This document shows, piece after piece, positions 47,270-59,800 of a stretch of 64,000 nt of DNA. Each line of letters opens with the position of its first letter. Positions within the stretch are counted from its first letter, which is position 1. The notes below the pieces were generated by a model. That model searched no databases, had not been told where the DNA came from, and saw only the letters and a program-made list of their open reading frames with translations. The translations under genes and the position numbers were made by a program. The stretch lies in NCBI RefSeq assembly GCF_055900595.2, contig NZ_CM148325.1, one strand, 5' to 3'.

Positions 47270-48643
47270 TTGAATCTGCCGATGACTTCTGAAGTGAAAC
47301 TGAAAACCGGTGGTGACCCCCGGTCATTACCGGATTATGCTGCCCTGCGTGATGAAATCAGCAAACTGACCCACCCGGCACGCCCGGATGTGGACTGGCG
47401 TCATGTGGAGACGCTCTGCCTGCGTCTGTATGAACACAATGGCGTGGAATTACAGACAGCATCCTGGTACACCATCGCCCGGATGCATACAACAGGGTTA
47501 AGTGGCCTGAATGAAGGGCTGGCTCTGATTGTGGCGCTGACCCGGCATCACTGGTCAGTGATGTGGCCGCTGAATACACACGCCCGGCTGGAAATTATTA
47601 CCGGTCTGTTCAACCGTCTGCAAAAAACGCTCCGGGCCATGCCACCGGACGACCGTGACAACCTGCCCCTGCTGTATCAGACCGAAACATTTCTGAAGGC
47701 ACTGAGTGACACACTGGCCCGGCACGAACTTAAACAGAGCAGTAAAGTGGCTTTACCGGAAGCCATGGTGAAGGGATATATCACCCGTCTGGAAAATCAG
47801 CCAGTGCAGGACGAAGCGTCGTCTCCGGTAACCCTTCCTGCTCAGGCACTCCGGTCTGATGCTCCGGATGTACAGGGACATCAGCCCCTGCCGCACTCCC
47901 GTCTGGTGTATGTTGTTTCTGAAACAAAAACAGAGCCCACATCCTCCCTTCAAAACTCCCCGCCCACGTTTCTGAAACCGTTTGTGACTGGTGTCTGTGC
48001 GGCATTGCTGGCGGTCTGCGTGGCCATTCCGGGATGGCAGTATCTGGCACAGCCATCACCGGCAGAGCAGCAACTCAGGGCGCTGCTGACACCACCACCG
48101 GATGTGCTTTCAGCAGACCAGATGACACAGCTCAGCAGAACACCCTCACTGTTAAATCATGCGTCAGAGTGGATAACCCTTTCCGGTCAACAGATAACGC
48201 GACTGACAGAATTACCCCTGGCATACAACCTGCAGTGCAGTGCGCAGCTACTGCAGCAACTGATGGTACTTTTCCCCGACAATCCCCGGGTACAGGAAAT
48301 GGTGGATAACTGGCAGAAGAGCGTAAGGAGTCGTGCGCTCCCGGAAGAGGCGATGACGGGCTGGAATGAAGGCATGACCCGCTTACAGCAGCTGGCTGAA
48401 CGCCTGAACCGTCTGGATGAACAGCGGGGAAAATACATGACGGTCAGTGAACTGAAAACGGAGGTGTTTGGCATCATGCAGGCTTTTAACCGGCACATAC
48501 CGGCAGAAGAGCGGTTACGTCGCTATGATGAAGCCCGTAACCAGAATGGCAGTGAACAGCAACAAAAACAGATGGAAAATGCCCTGATGGAACTGTTGAA
48601 CCGCTACTATTTTTTAACACGGAATAGTTGTGTGGATATATGA
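47270..48643 (+). CDS. ImpA N-terminal domain protein with central TM helix (TssA/VasL-like)
   Basis: N-terminus GGDPRSLPDYAALRDEISKL...DVDWRHVETLCLRLY...LNEGLALIVALTRHHW resembles ImpA_N domain; TM segment FVTGVCAALLAVCVAI. Confidence 0.55.
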   Translation: MNLPMTSEVKLKTGGDPRSLPDYAALRDEISKLTHPARPDVDWRHVETLCLRLYEHNGVELQTASWYTIARMHTTGLSGLNEGLALIVALTRHHWSVMWPLNTHARLEIITGLFNRLQKTLRAMPPDDRDNLPLLYQTETFLKALSDTLARHELKQSSKVALPEAMVKGYITRLENQPVQDEASSPVTLPAQALRSDAPDVQGHQPLPHSRLVYVVSETKTEPTSSLQNSPPTFLKPFVTGVCAALLAVCVAIPGWQYLAQPSPAEQQLRALLTPPPDVLSADQMTQLSRTPSLLNHASEWITLSGQQITRLTELPLAYNLQCSAQLLQQLMVLFPDNPRVQEMVDNWQKSVRSRALPEEAMTGWNEGMTRLQQLAERLNRLDEQRGKYMTVSELKTEVFGIMQAFNRHIPAEERLRRYDEARNQNGSEQQQKQMENALMELLNRYYFLTRNSCVDI

Positions 48644-48784
48644 GAAGATATTTAACCTTTTGCAAGGTAATTTCCCTAAGGTGCGATAGGGTACAGAATA
48701 TTCTTTATTCTAGGATGGTTTTATTTTGTATGTTGGCAATTTCAATGAATATTTTACATTTAAGTATGGAATAAGGAGTGTTGA

Positions 48785-50491
48785 ATGAAGCTTTCATCAT
48801 TTTTTGTGGAAAACTTTAAATGTATCGGTAGAGAGGTACACATTAAAATAGATGATATTATTATTTTAATTGGGCAGAATAATGTAGGAAAATCAACAAT
48901 CCTTGATGCTTATGAGAAATTTGCTGCTCTTGGAAAAGAAAAGGTCTTAGATATTAGCCATTTTCATAATGAAGATGTTTCAAAGCCAGTGATCATGACA
49001 GGAGTATTTACAGATATTACTGTAGAAGATGAAACGGCAATAGGAAAAAAATGGAAGCACAATGATCCAGTTTATGGTGAGTGTATTAAGTTCAGATGGG
49101 TATGGAATGCACCCGGTGAGTCGGCTAAAAAAGAGGCATTTGATCCAACTAAAGGACAAGGTGAATTTGTAGCTGGTGGCTTGGGCGGGTTTGATAGCAT
49201 AATTAAAAGCCGTATTCCTAAGCCACTTCGAATTAAACCTGATGATTCAGTCCTGAAAACACAGGAGCTTATAATCGAAATATTGAAAAGTAATGTGAAG
49301 GAATACCTCAGTAATGGGCCTGATTCCAAGGCTGATGTGATAGCCAAAATTGAATCCCTAACAAGCGCTCTGGTTGAGTCATCTAAAGCAGAATTTGATC
49401 GATTGCTTGGTCGTATAACAGACAATATAGAATCGATTTTTCCAGGGGTTATTATGGAATTGGTTCCTCAGTCGAAAGATCCTATTGATGAGAAGATTAT
49501 CGCTTCAGCATCCTATTTAAAGGTTCGAAACCCGACTAGTCGTTCAACTATGCTTGAACTCCAAGGAACCGGGCTTAAGCGTTCTTTACTGTGGTCTGCA
49601 TTGTCAGTACTTTCGCAAGAAGGAAAAAGCAAAAAAGGTGATGTTGTCAAGGAGTGTAATATCCTGCTTATAGATGAGCCAGAGGCTTTTTTGCATCCAC
49701 CAACAATCCGTGGCGCACGAGAGGCTTTGTATACATTTGCAGCCAATAATCCTGGTTGGCAGGTAATGGCTACCACGCACTCTCCAGTATTCATCGATTT
49801 GTCGAAAGATCATACGACAATTATTCGGGTTGATAAAGATAGCCAGAACAAATACATCTCAACAAACGATATTGGGTTTGATAAGGATGAGAAAGTCAAT
49901 CTTAAAATTGTTCGAGCATGTAATCCAATGGTAAATGAGTTTTTTTTCTATAATAAAATTGTTCTTGTGGAGGGCCCTACTGAAAAAATTGTACTGAATC
50001 ATCTTCAGGATACTCTGGGGATAGAGATGCATGTAATCGATTGTCTTGGTAAAGGTAATATACCTATGTTTGTTAAAATTCTTAATCAGTTCGATGTTCC
50101 TTATGTTGTTATTCATGATTCTGACTCACCTAAAATCCGTCGTAAAGGAAAATATGTGAACAACGGGATGTGGACTATAAATACTTTGATTAGAAATGAA
50201 GTTGCTAAATCAAAAAAAGGACGTATTTTTACTCAGGTGCCGCACTTTGAAGGCGAATTTTTTGGCGAAACTCTTACCTCTGGTAAGGTATCAAATGTGC
50301 TCGAGGTTCTCCAGAACGTTACGGCTGAAGAATACACTCGCTTAATAAGCGTTTATAGCCGTATTTTAAATGACGCAGAAGAATCATTATTTACTGGGAC
50401 ACTTGAGTCTTTTATGGCTAAAATTAATGCATATACGGCAGATAAAACTGCATTAACAGATCCAGAGTTATGGGGATTATCGGGTTTATAA
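48785..50491 (+). CDS. OLD-family ATPase-Toprim nuclease (class 1 OLD-like, stand-alone)
   Basis: 568 aa; Walker A GQNNVGKST; ABC-type ATPase core (LLIDEPEAFLHP); C-terminal Toprim (VLVEGPTEKIVL ... VVIHDSDSP); gene is AT-rich. Confidence 0.8.
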   Translation: MKLSSFFVENFKCIGREVHIKIDDIIILIGQNNVGKSTILDAYEKFAALGKEKVLDISHFHNEDVSKPVIMTGVFTDITVEDETAIGKKWKHNDPVYGECIKFRWVWNAPGESAKKEAFDPTKGQGEFVAGGLGGFDSIIKSRIPKPLRIKPDDSVLKTQELIIEILKSNVKEYLSNGPDSKADVIAKIESLTSALVESSKAEFDRLLGRITDNIESIFPGVIMELVPQSKDPIDEKIIASASYLKVRNPTSRSTMLELQGTGLKRSLLWSALSVLSQEGKSKKGDVVKECNILLIDEPEAFLHPPTIRGAREALYTFAANNPGWQVMATTHSPVFIDLSKDHTTIIRVDKDSQNKYISTNDIGFDKDEKVNLKIVRACNPMVNEFFFYNKIVLVEGPTEKIVLNHLQDTLGIEMHVIDCLGKGNIPMFVKILNQFDVPYVVIHDSDSPKIRRKGKYVNNGMWTINTLIRNEVAKSKKGRIFTQVPHFEGEFFGETLTSGKVSNVLEVLQNVTAEEYTRLISVYSRILNDAEESLFTGTLESFMAKINAYTADKTALTDPELWGLSGL

Positions 50492-51507
50492 AATTCTCCA
50501 TAAGGGATTTTAAATCAATGAGTTTATTTTTATGCAGATAGAGTCTTTGAGTGAATTGAAATATTAGTACTGTCGACCTGCTGTTTTTGTAATATGATGG
50601 ATTTGGTAGGGGGATGTAATTTTTGTGATAGTGGTTAATATTAAAATGTTTTAGTGTGGATTTTTAGAGTAAAATGATTTAAGTAGTGTTCATATAAAGC
50701 AAGTTTGTTTTTTTTGGGGGGGTGATATTGATAGTAATGTGTGATATATTTTATTGAAATTATTTGTTGTGTGTTGTGAGAATAACAGAGTGTGATTGAT
50801 AAGTATGACGTAAAGAATGAATTATTGGTTCGCTGTATCAGAACAGGTAGGTTATGTTTTATTGACGTTATTTCTAACGAAACTAATTAACTCTGAGTTG
50901 CTTTTGCGTTATCGTATATTTGATCGTTTTTCGTTATAAGAGAAAAGTTTTAGATATATAATTCTTTGAGTGATGTTGAAGTTGGTTTTATCTGTCAGGA
51001 AGTATTGACTATATATGAACATACTCAACGATGCTGCAACGAAAAGAAAATTACAACTGTCCAGTTAGGCAGGAAACTTAATGGCAGGTATGCAGATATG
51101 ATTGCTGAGTTAAAAGAAACAGTAGAGATGAGGGGGGAGGGGTAATTTCTTTTGAGATGGATATATTGAATTCTTTTAATGATGCGGATGAATATCACGG
51201 ACGTGTTAAACTGGAATTGGATATACCTGCTTCAGATATATTATATTGCCATGATTTTATTGATTCAAAACATGTAAACTCCTGGCTGGTTGAACCACAT
51301 GAGTGGGTGGTTATTAATCGTTCTCTTACTGGGATTGTTACAGTGCCAGTATCAGCAATAAAAATCTCTTATTGAAAAAATTATGTATGTAACTTACTTT
51401 ATATATATAAGGGTAAAAACAGTCCCGGTAATAATTAAATATTATTTAATGTTTATTGCTATGTATTGGAGATATAAGCGGGTTTCTTTTGCATAAAGTA
51501 AAAATAA

Positions 51508-52438
51508 ATGAATGATAATTTTTTAACGGAGAAAGTCCTTACTGGAGAGAATGTTCTGCGTGCAGCAATTGCTCGTATTGAGTGGGTTTTTGAAACATTT
51601 CCATCAGTTTGTCTCTCTTTTTCCGGTGGTAAAGATTCCACCGTGCTTTTCCATCTTTTGGCTGATGTGGCCCGCAGGAAAAAACGTCGTTTCTCTGTAC
51701 TGTTCATTGACTGGGAGGCTCAGTACCAGTGCACCATTGAACATATTCAGAAGATGCGGGAAATGTACCATGATGTGACGGATACCTTTTACTGGGTGGC
51801 ACTTCCCCTGACCACGGTAAACGGTGTCTCGCAGTTTCAACCGGAATGGATATGCTGGGAGTCGGGCGTGAAGTGGGTTCGCCAGCCACCGGAGGGGGCC
51901 ATTACAGATATGGCGTATTTTCCCTTTTACCGGTATGCCATGACGTTTGAAGAATTTGTTCCGGCATTTTCTTCCTGGTTTGCAGACAATAAATGTGGTG
52001 TGGCAGTACTGACCGGTGTCCGTGCGGATGAGTCCCTTAACCGGTTCATGGGACTGGTATCCCAGCGCAAACTGAGATACGCCGATGATAAGCCCTGGAC
52101 CACGGCATCGCCTGAAGGGTTTTACTACACCATGTATCCGCTGTATGACTGGAAAACTCGTGATATCTGGATATATCACACCAGAACCCGTGCCATCTAC
52201 AATCCCCTGTATGATCTGATGTACCGTGCCGGCGTACCGTTACGCAACATGCGTGTCTGTGAACCTTTTGGTCCTGAACAACGTAAGGGACTGTGGCTTT
52301 ACCATGTTCTGGAGCCGGATACCTGGGCCAGGATGTGTGAGCGGGTGTCAGGGGCTGCCAGCGGGGCACTTTATGCCAATGAAAGCGGTGCTTATTTTGC
52401 CCTGCGTAAGCGCATATCAAAACCAGCCCATCATACCT
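51508..52438 (+). pseudogene. PAPS reductase-like (phosphoadenosine phosphosulfate reductase family, IbrA-like) gene, 3' end truncated by IS911
   Basis: PP-loop motif SFSGGKDSTVLFHLL; ORF runs from native sequence into IS911 left end at 52439. Confidence 0.7.
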
Positions 52439-52510
52439 TGAAGTGGTTTACTGAATTTGGCCACCTGAACAGAGGTGATATGCTCACCTCAGAACAACAC
52501 AGGTGCCATA

Positions 52511-53658
<1,148 letters not shown>

Positions 53659-53802
53659 CTCGGTGGCCAGTTTTTGTTGACCACTTCATATCTGTAAGAC
53701 TCTCATAAAGAATGATTTCTGGTGCCGGACCCTCTCCTTCAGTCCTAACAAACCCCGGCACTATGAACGTTATCTGCAGCGTATGAAAGAAAGGAGGAAG
53801 GA

Positions 53803-54441
53803 ATGGGGGATTCTGTGACAGCGGAGGTACTGAGTGACATGATTCGTCAGTACTTCAGCCAGGAACGACCAGAAGAAGAGACCATACAGGCTCTGAATCA
53901 TCTGCGCAGGGTGCTTCATGAGGTCAGTCCATTTGCACAGGAGCCTGTGGACTGTGTGCTGTGGGTGAAAGCAGATGAGGTGGTGGCCAATGATTATAAT
54001 CCTAATGTCATGGCGCCGGGTGAGAAAAAACTGCTGAAACATTCGCTGGAGCAGGACGGGTTCACGCAGCCTGTGGTTGTCTCGGAAGAGAAGGAGCATT
54101 ATCTGGTGGTGGATGGTTTTCATCGTCAGTTACTGGGCAGGGAAGCAGGTACGGGAAAACGTCTGAAGGGCTGGTTGCCAGTGACCTGTATTAATCCGGA
54201 GAGAAAGGGACAGGCCGCACGCATTGCCGCGACCATTCGACATAACCGGGCCAGGGGAAAACACCAGATAACTTCAATGTCTGATATTGTCAGGGATCTT
54301 TCACGTCTGGGCTGGACGGATGAACGCATTGGCATGGAGCTGGGTATGGACCAGGATGAAGTTCTCAGGTTGAAACAGATTAGCGGGCTGACGGAGCTGT
54401 TTCAGGAAGAGGATTTCAGCCCGGCATGGACGGTTCGCTGA
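53803..54441 (+). CDS. ParB-like nuclease domain protein (IbrB-like)
   Basis: 212 aa; ParB N-terminal-like segment (VVANDYNPNVMAPGEKKLLKHSLEQDGFTQPVVV...YLVVDGFHR). Confidence 0.65.
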   Translation: MGDSVTAEVLSDMIRQYFSQERPEEETIQALNHLRRVLHEVSPFAQEPVDCVLWVKADEVVANDYNPNVMAPGEKKLLKHSLEQDGFTQPVVVSEEKEHYLVVDGFHRQLLGREAGTGKRLKGWLPVTCINPERKGQAARIAATIRHNRARGKHQITSMSDIVRDLSRLGWTDERIGMELGMDQDEVLRLKQISGLTELFQEEDFSPAWTVR

Positions 54442-54480
54442 GACTGTCAGATATGTGTATTATTTCAGTGAGTTGATGTT

Positions 54481-54789
54481 TTGAGCAGGAAAAATAGTAC
54501 CCCGGAAGTCGTGGAAGACATGGTTGCACAGACGCTGGAGGCGGCGGGTTGCTGGCGCAGAGCTTCTGCCCGCTGGCTTTTTGTTATGGGAAATGTTGAA
54601 TGTACAGAAGCACAACGGGAGTGGTTGTTGTTACGCAGGAATTATTGCCTGGCGCAGATATCGTCCCCGCCGCTACCTGAAAAGCTGGATATCAGCGAGG
54701 TGGCGAAAGCTGCAGATGCCACGCTGAGGCGAATGGGGATTGCCAGTCCGTCTGGGGAGGTATTCAGAAAAGGTACACTGGTCTGTTGA
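54481..54789 (+). CDS. Hypothetical protein
   Basis: ORF only. Confidence 0.35.
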   Translation: MSRKNSTPEVVEDMVAQTLEAAGCWRRASARWLFVMGNVECTEAQREWLLLRRNYCLAQISSPPLPEKLDISEVAKAADATLRRMGIASPSGEVFRKGTLVC

Positions 54790-54809
54790 TATTCAGGTAA
54801 CAGGTATTA

Positions 54810-55454
54810 ATGATGAAGAAAGTAATGGTGGACAGCGTATCAGTGCCATGGCAGCTTTTGTGCGATGAACATGGTTTTACCCGGGAGCACCACAATCAGT
54901 TGAAGAAGTTCAGCCCGGAGGCATTACGTGAAATTATTGCTGAAATAGCCTGCTGCCATCCATCAACCAGTGTATTGCTCAGGAATAAGTGGCTGACACC
55001 GCCGGAGGATATTCCGGAGCAGGTTACCCGTGAATACGAACGAAGAATACAGAACTGTCCATCGTTCAGGAGCGAGAAGGAAGCGGAATCCTGGTTAAAT
55101 GAACTGTTTTTTGCTGTGATTGCTCCGCTATACCGTGTTGCCCCCGAACAAACAGAACAGGTTGAGTCCTTTGTTCTGCAGCTTATTGCCGAGCAGGAGC
55201 GGGTTTGGGAGCTTATTTTAACCAATGATGGTTATTCATGGCATTGCGCACTTTATGATATATTATTTCATCTGGTTTTACGAAATATGGAAGACCAGCC
55301 TGAACATCAGAGACAGCGAATAACAAAAATACTTAATGAGTCCGATACAAAACGGGTTGCAGAAGAGATTAAATTTCGGATTCAATATCTTCAGGATGAA
55401 GAACAAAAAAGAGTTTTAAGTGAACTGGTAAATGTCCTGACTTCAAAAAGATAA
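54810..55454 (+). CDS. Hypothetical protein
   Basis: 214-aa ORF with plausible RBS spacing; no family recognised. Confidence 0.45.
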   Translation: MMKKVMVDSVSVPWQLLCDEHGFTREHHNQLKKFSPEALREIIAEIACCHPSTSVLLRNKWLTPPEDIPEQVTREYERRIQNCPSFRSEKEAESWLNELFFAVIAPLYRVAPEQTEQVESFVLQLIAEQERVWELILTNDGYSWHCALYDILFHLVLRNMEDQPEHQRQRITKILNESDTKRVAEEIKFRIQYLQDEEQKRVLSELVNVLTSKR

Positions 55455-55495
55455 AACATGCCGGAGTAATTTTTTCTATATGTTAATAAAATCGG

Positions 55496-55563
55496 TGCGT
55501 ATTACCATGAAGGAGATCGATGAGTAACCGTTATTGGATGATCTCCTTCCATAAAAATACGCG
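55496..55563. repeat. MITE-like element: two ~33-bp inverted repeats matching the termini of the IS3-family element in asrB, separated by 2 bp
   Basis: TGCGTATTACCATGAAGGAGATCGATGAGTAAC-CG-TTATTGGATGATCTCCTTCCATAAAAATACGCG; compare termini at 30737 and 32480. Confidence 0.7.
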
Positions 55564-56876
55564 TAATCTAATGGTTCGCTCTGTACCAAAAGAAGACATT
55601 GTTCACAATATCGAGTTAATCATTCGATCGTTGAATATTTTCATTGAAAAATTTCTCAGTATAGAATATATCAATGTTGAGGGTATTCCTCTTACATCTC
55701 GAAGGATAACTATCATGGGTCTTAAACCTGGTCCAAAACCAATTGCTAAGTCGACAGGAAAACCGGATCAACGCCGACGCGATAATAAAGATACTCCTGG
55801 CAATACTCCGGGACTAAAGCCAAGTAAGTCCACAGGTAAGTAAAAAAATAAGGGTATAAATAAGCATTTATACCCTGACTATATATCCAGTCCACCGAAG
55901 GTGTTTCAGCAGCCAGATGCTCGTTCTTTCTATATCATACGCCTTTGCCCCGTACCCTTTCGCAAGCAAAGACTCTGGTAAATACTCGTCATATTTATCC
56001 AGATCCTTATCAGGAACAACTGTAGCAGGCTCAAATTCTGAAGGTGCAAAATGGCATCTGAATCGATCACGACTTGGCATGCTTCCGATCATTGATTGGC
56101 ATCCTGCCAATCGTATCGTTCCGGCAAACTCATATTGACGCATTTTTCAGGCGAGCCACTGGGAGCGCATACGAATGGGCGCCGTCTGACGATGGTTGAT
56201 TTATTTTGTTGTACAGGGGCGATCGCCAGGCAGGTGCCGGAGGCTGGCTCTGAAGTGCTGAGTCGGGTAATCGCGTCAGGCTGCGCAGTACTGACATGGG
56301 TACTGGTGGCAGGTGATGAAGTTCGACTCCGGAAATGCCGCCGGGTTGATTGCGTATTCCGCTCTATTCGATCACGGATTGGCCCCCTGTGTACGAACAT
56401 CTGACGGCAGGTGTTGCTCATACAGGGTAAATCCCTCAAGAGGCAACAACTTTGTCAGTCGCTACTCCGGCCACTCAGGCAGACGCGTCAGGATGTTCGT
56501 CAGCCCGGCATGTGACTCTAGGCCATTACGTTTTGCTGTATCCAGAAGACTCATTATCTGTGCTGCATGTTTTCCGTCCCATGATAACCCGATGGATGGC
56601 GTGTTCGTAGATATTGTTGCAGTATGGAACCATATTCTAAGATACTTTGCTGTAAGAAATGCTACGTTTGATGAGCTCTATTTTATTATTCTGCCAGCTA
56701 AAAATTAGTATTGAATATAAAACTCACCACATTGAGAATAAATGAAACAAATATATTTAATCAGGAAGTTAAAAACAGATAACATGGGTGTAATACAATA
56801 AGGTACAGCCAGTAATTCCGGGCTTGCGGAGTTGCTGGATCGTATGACTTAGACGTGATAAAAAACAGGGAATACG

Positions 56877-59800
56877 ATGAAATTCACTGAAGATACTCGG
56901 GTAAAAATCCCCGTAATCCTCCACCTGATACGGTTGGGATACTACTACCTGTCCCTTAAAGAACAACGCTGGGACAAAGAAACCAACATCTTCCCTGACC
57001 TCTTTACTGCTGCGATTGGCCGAATAAACCCCGGACTTGCGCCAGACGACATCGGACGCCTGTTAAAAGACCTCACGCTGCTTCTCGACAACGATGATCT
57101 GGGCCGCGCCTTCTTCGAAAAACTCAGTGATCGTTCCGGTATCAAACTGATCGACTTTGATAACTTCAACAACAACAGTTTCCATGTCGTCACCGAATTG
57201 ACCTGCGAAAACGATGATGAAGAATTCCGCCCGGACATCACGCTGCTGATCAACGGCATGCCGCTAATCTTTATCGAAGTGAAAAAACCCAATAATCGGG
57301 AAGGCATCGTCGCAGAACGCAATCGCATCAACGAACGCTTTAAAAACCCCAAATTCAAACGCTTCGCCAACATCACCCAGTTCATGATCTTCTCCAATAA
57401 CATGGAGTATGACGACAGCGACCCGGAGCCGATTCAAGGGGCATTCTACGCCAGCAGCTCTTACAGCAACCCGGTATTCAACTACTTCCGCGAAGAAGAA
57501 CTCTTCAACCTGACCAACTTACTGAAACCGCTGTCAGACGAAACCGAGATCGCCGTCCTGAAAGACAACAACCTGGAAGTCATCCGTACCAACCCGGAAT
57601 TCCAGACCAACAAAGATCACAACTGCCCGACTAACCGCCTTTGCACCGCGCTGTTGAGCCGGGATCGGCTGGCATTTATTCTGCGCTATGCGCTGGTGTA
57701 TGTCGCCGAACCGGGCGGAATCCAGAAACACATCATGCGCTACCCGCAGCTCTTCGCCACTAAAGCAATCGAGCGCAAACTGAACGCTGGTGTGAAGAAA
57801 GGCATCATCTGGCACACCCAGGGCAGCGGGAAAACCGCGCTGGCTTACTACAACGTGCGCTTCCTGACAGATTACTTCCAGAATCAGCAGGTGATCCCCA
57901 AATTCTACTTTATTGTTGACCGTCTGGATCTGCTCCAGCAGGCGCAGCGCGAGTTCACCGCCCGTGGCTTAATCGTTCACCTTATCGACTCCCGCGAAGC
58001 CTTCACTCGCGATATCAAAGCGACGCAGGCGCTGCACAACCACCACGGCAAAGCGGAAATCACCGTCGTCAACATCCAGAAATTCCGCGATGACCCGGAC
58101 GTCGTCACTACCAAAGACTACGATATCAACATCCAGCGCGTGTACTTCCTCGATGAAGTCCACCGCAGCTACAACCCCAAAGGAAGTTTCCTGGCGAACT
58201 TAAGCCAGTCGGACACCAACGCCATCAAAATTGGCCTGACCGGTACGCCTCTGCTGGGCACAGACTACAACTCCCGCGACCTCTTCGGCGACTACATCCA
58301 CAAATACTACTACAACGCCTCCATTGCCGACGGCTACACGCTGCGCCTGATCCGCGAAGAGATCGCCACCAACTACCGAATGATCCTGCAACAGGCGCTA
58401 AAAGAGGTGGAAGTCAGAATGGGCGATGTGGATCGCAAAGACATCTACGCCCATCCCAGCTTCGTCAAGCCGATGTTGAACTACATCATCACCGACTTTG
58501 CCAAAAGCCGGGGCGCGCTGAATGATGACACCATCGGTGGCATGGTGATTTGTGACAGCTCTGAACAGGCCAAACAGATGTTTGAGATATTCAACACTGA
58601 CTACGCCGAATCGCCCACCACCGTTTACCACATCCACACCAAAGAAACGCGGAAAATCAAACGCGCCGCCCTGATCCTACACGACGTCGGCAGCAAGCAG
58701 GAACGCAAAGAGTGGGTGGAGCAATTCAAAGCGGGAGAGATTGACCTGCTGTTCGTCTACAACATGTTGCTCACTGGCTTTGACGCCAAACGGCTAAAAA
58801 AACTCTACCTCGGGCGGGTGATCAGAAAGCACAACCTGCTCCAGGCGCTGACCCGCGTCAACCGAACCTACAACCACTTCCGCTACGGCTATGTGGTGGA
58901 CTTCGCCGACATCCGCCAGGAATTTGACGCCACCAACAAAGCCTACTTCGAAGAGCTACAGGCTGAACTGGGCGATGAAATGGAGCATTACTCCCGCCTG
59001 TTCAAATCAGCGGATGAGATCCGCGAAGAAATCGAACATATCAAAGACGTTCTGTTTAGCTTTGATACCGAAAACGCGGAAATCTTCACTGACCAGATAA
59101 ACCAGATCCAGGACCGGGAAACCGCGCTGGTACTGAAGAACGCGCTGACCGACGCCCGCAGCCTTTACAACCTGATTCGCCTCCAGGGCAACACAGAGTT
59201 TCTCCAGGCGCTGGATTTCAACAAACTCAACATCCTCTACCGCGAAGCCAGCCGCCGCCTCGACTTACTCAACCTGAAAGCGGATCTGGTACAGGGCGTT
59301 GACCTCTCCGGCCTGCTGAACCGGGCGCTGGAAGAGGTGATCTTTGAATTCCATAAAGTGGGCGAAGAAGAGCTGGTACTGGCCGACGAGCTGAAAGAGA
59401 CGCTGCGCCGCACCCGCGAAGCGCTGGCCGCCAACTTCGACCAGCAGGACCCGCAGTTCGTCAGCCTGAAAGACGAACTGGAGCGTCTGTTTAAGAAAAA
59501 GAAACTCAGCGAAGTCACCCAGCAAGAAATGGTTGCGAATATCGGCACACTCAATAAAATTCATGGCCGCATCAAAGAGCTAAACCGCCAAAACAACCTG
59601 CTGCGCCAGAAATACCGGGGCGACGTGAAATACGCGCGTACCCACAAACGCCTGCGTGAGCGCGGCGGCCTGAGCGAGCCGGAGCGTAAAATCTTCGAAG
59701 CACTGCTTAGCGTTAAGCTGGATGCAGATGAAAAAGTGCTGAACAACAGCCAGATACTGAACAATGAAAGCTATTTTGAGCGGCATATGGAGTCATGTGT

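Noticed and set aside
46922-48643. Evidence for a type VI secretion system
   Set aside because: Only an ImpA_N-like protein is present; no TssB/C, Hcp, VgrG, TssM or ClpV genes occur in the window.
50500-51500. CRISPR array or other regularly spaced repeats in the AT-rich non-coding stretch
   Set aside because: No direct repeats of constant length and spacing were seen; the region is compositionally skewed but not periodically repetitive. No cas genes are present.
55496-55563. Second paralogous fragment of asrB at 55.5 kb
   Set aside because: The similarity to the asrB region is confined to the IS terminal repeats; the matching sequence is IS-derived, not asrB coding sequence.
55868-56708. 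ORFs 55868..56143 (-), 56089..56439 (-) and 56313..56708 (+) as genes
   Set aside because: Mutually overlapping, no recognisable domains or clear ribosome-binding sites; too weak to annotate. The region may hold a decayed gene.
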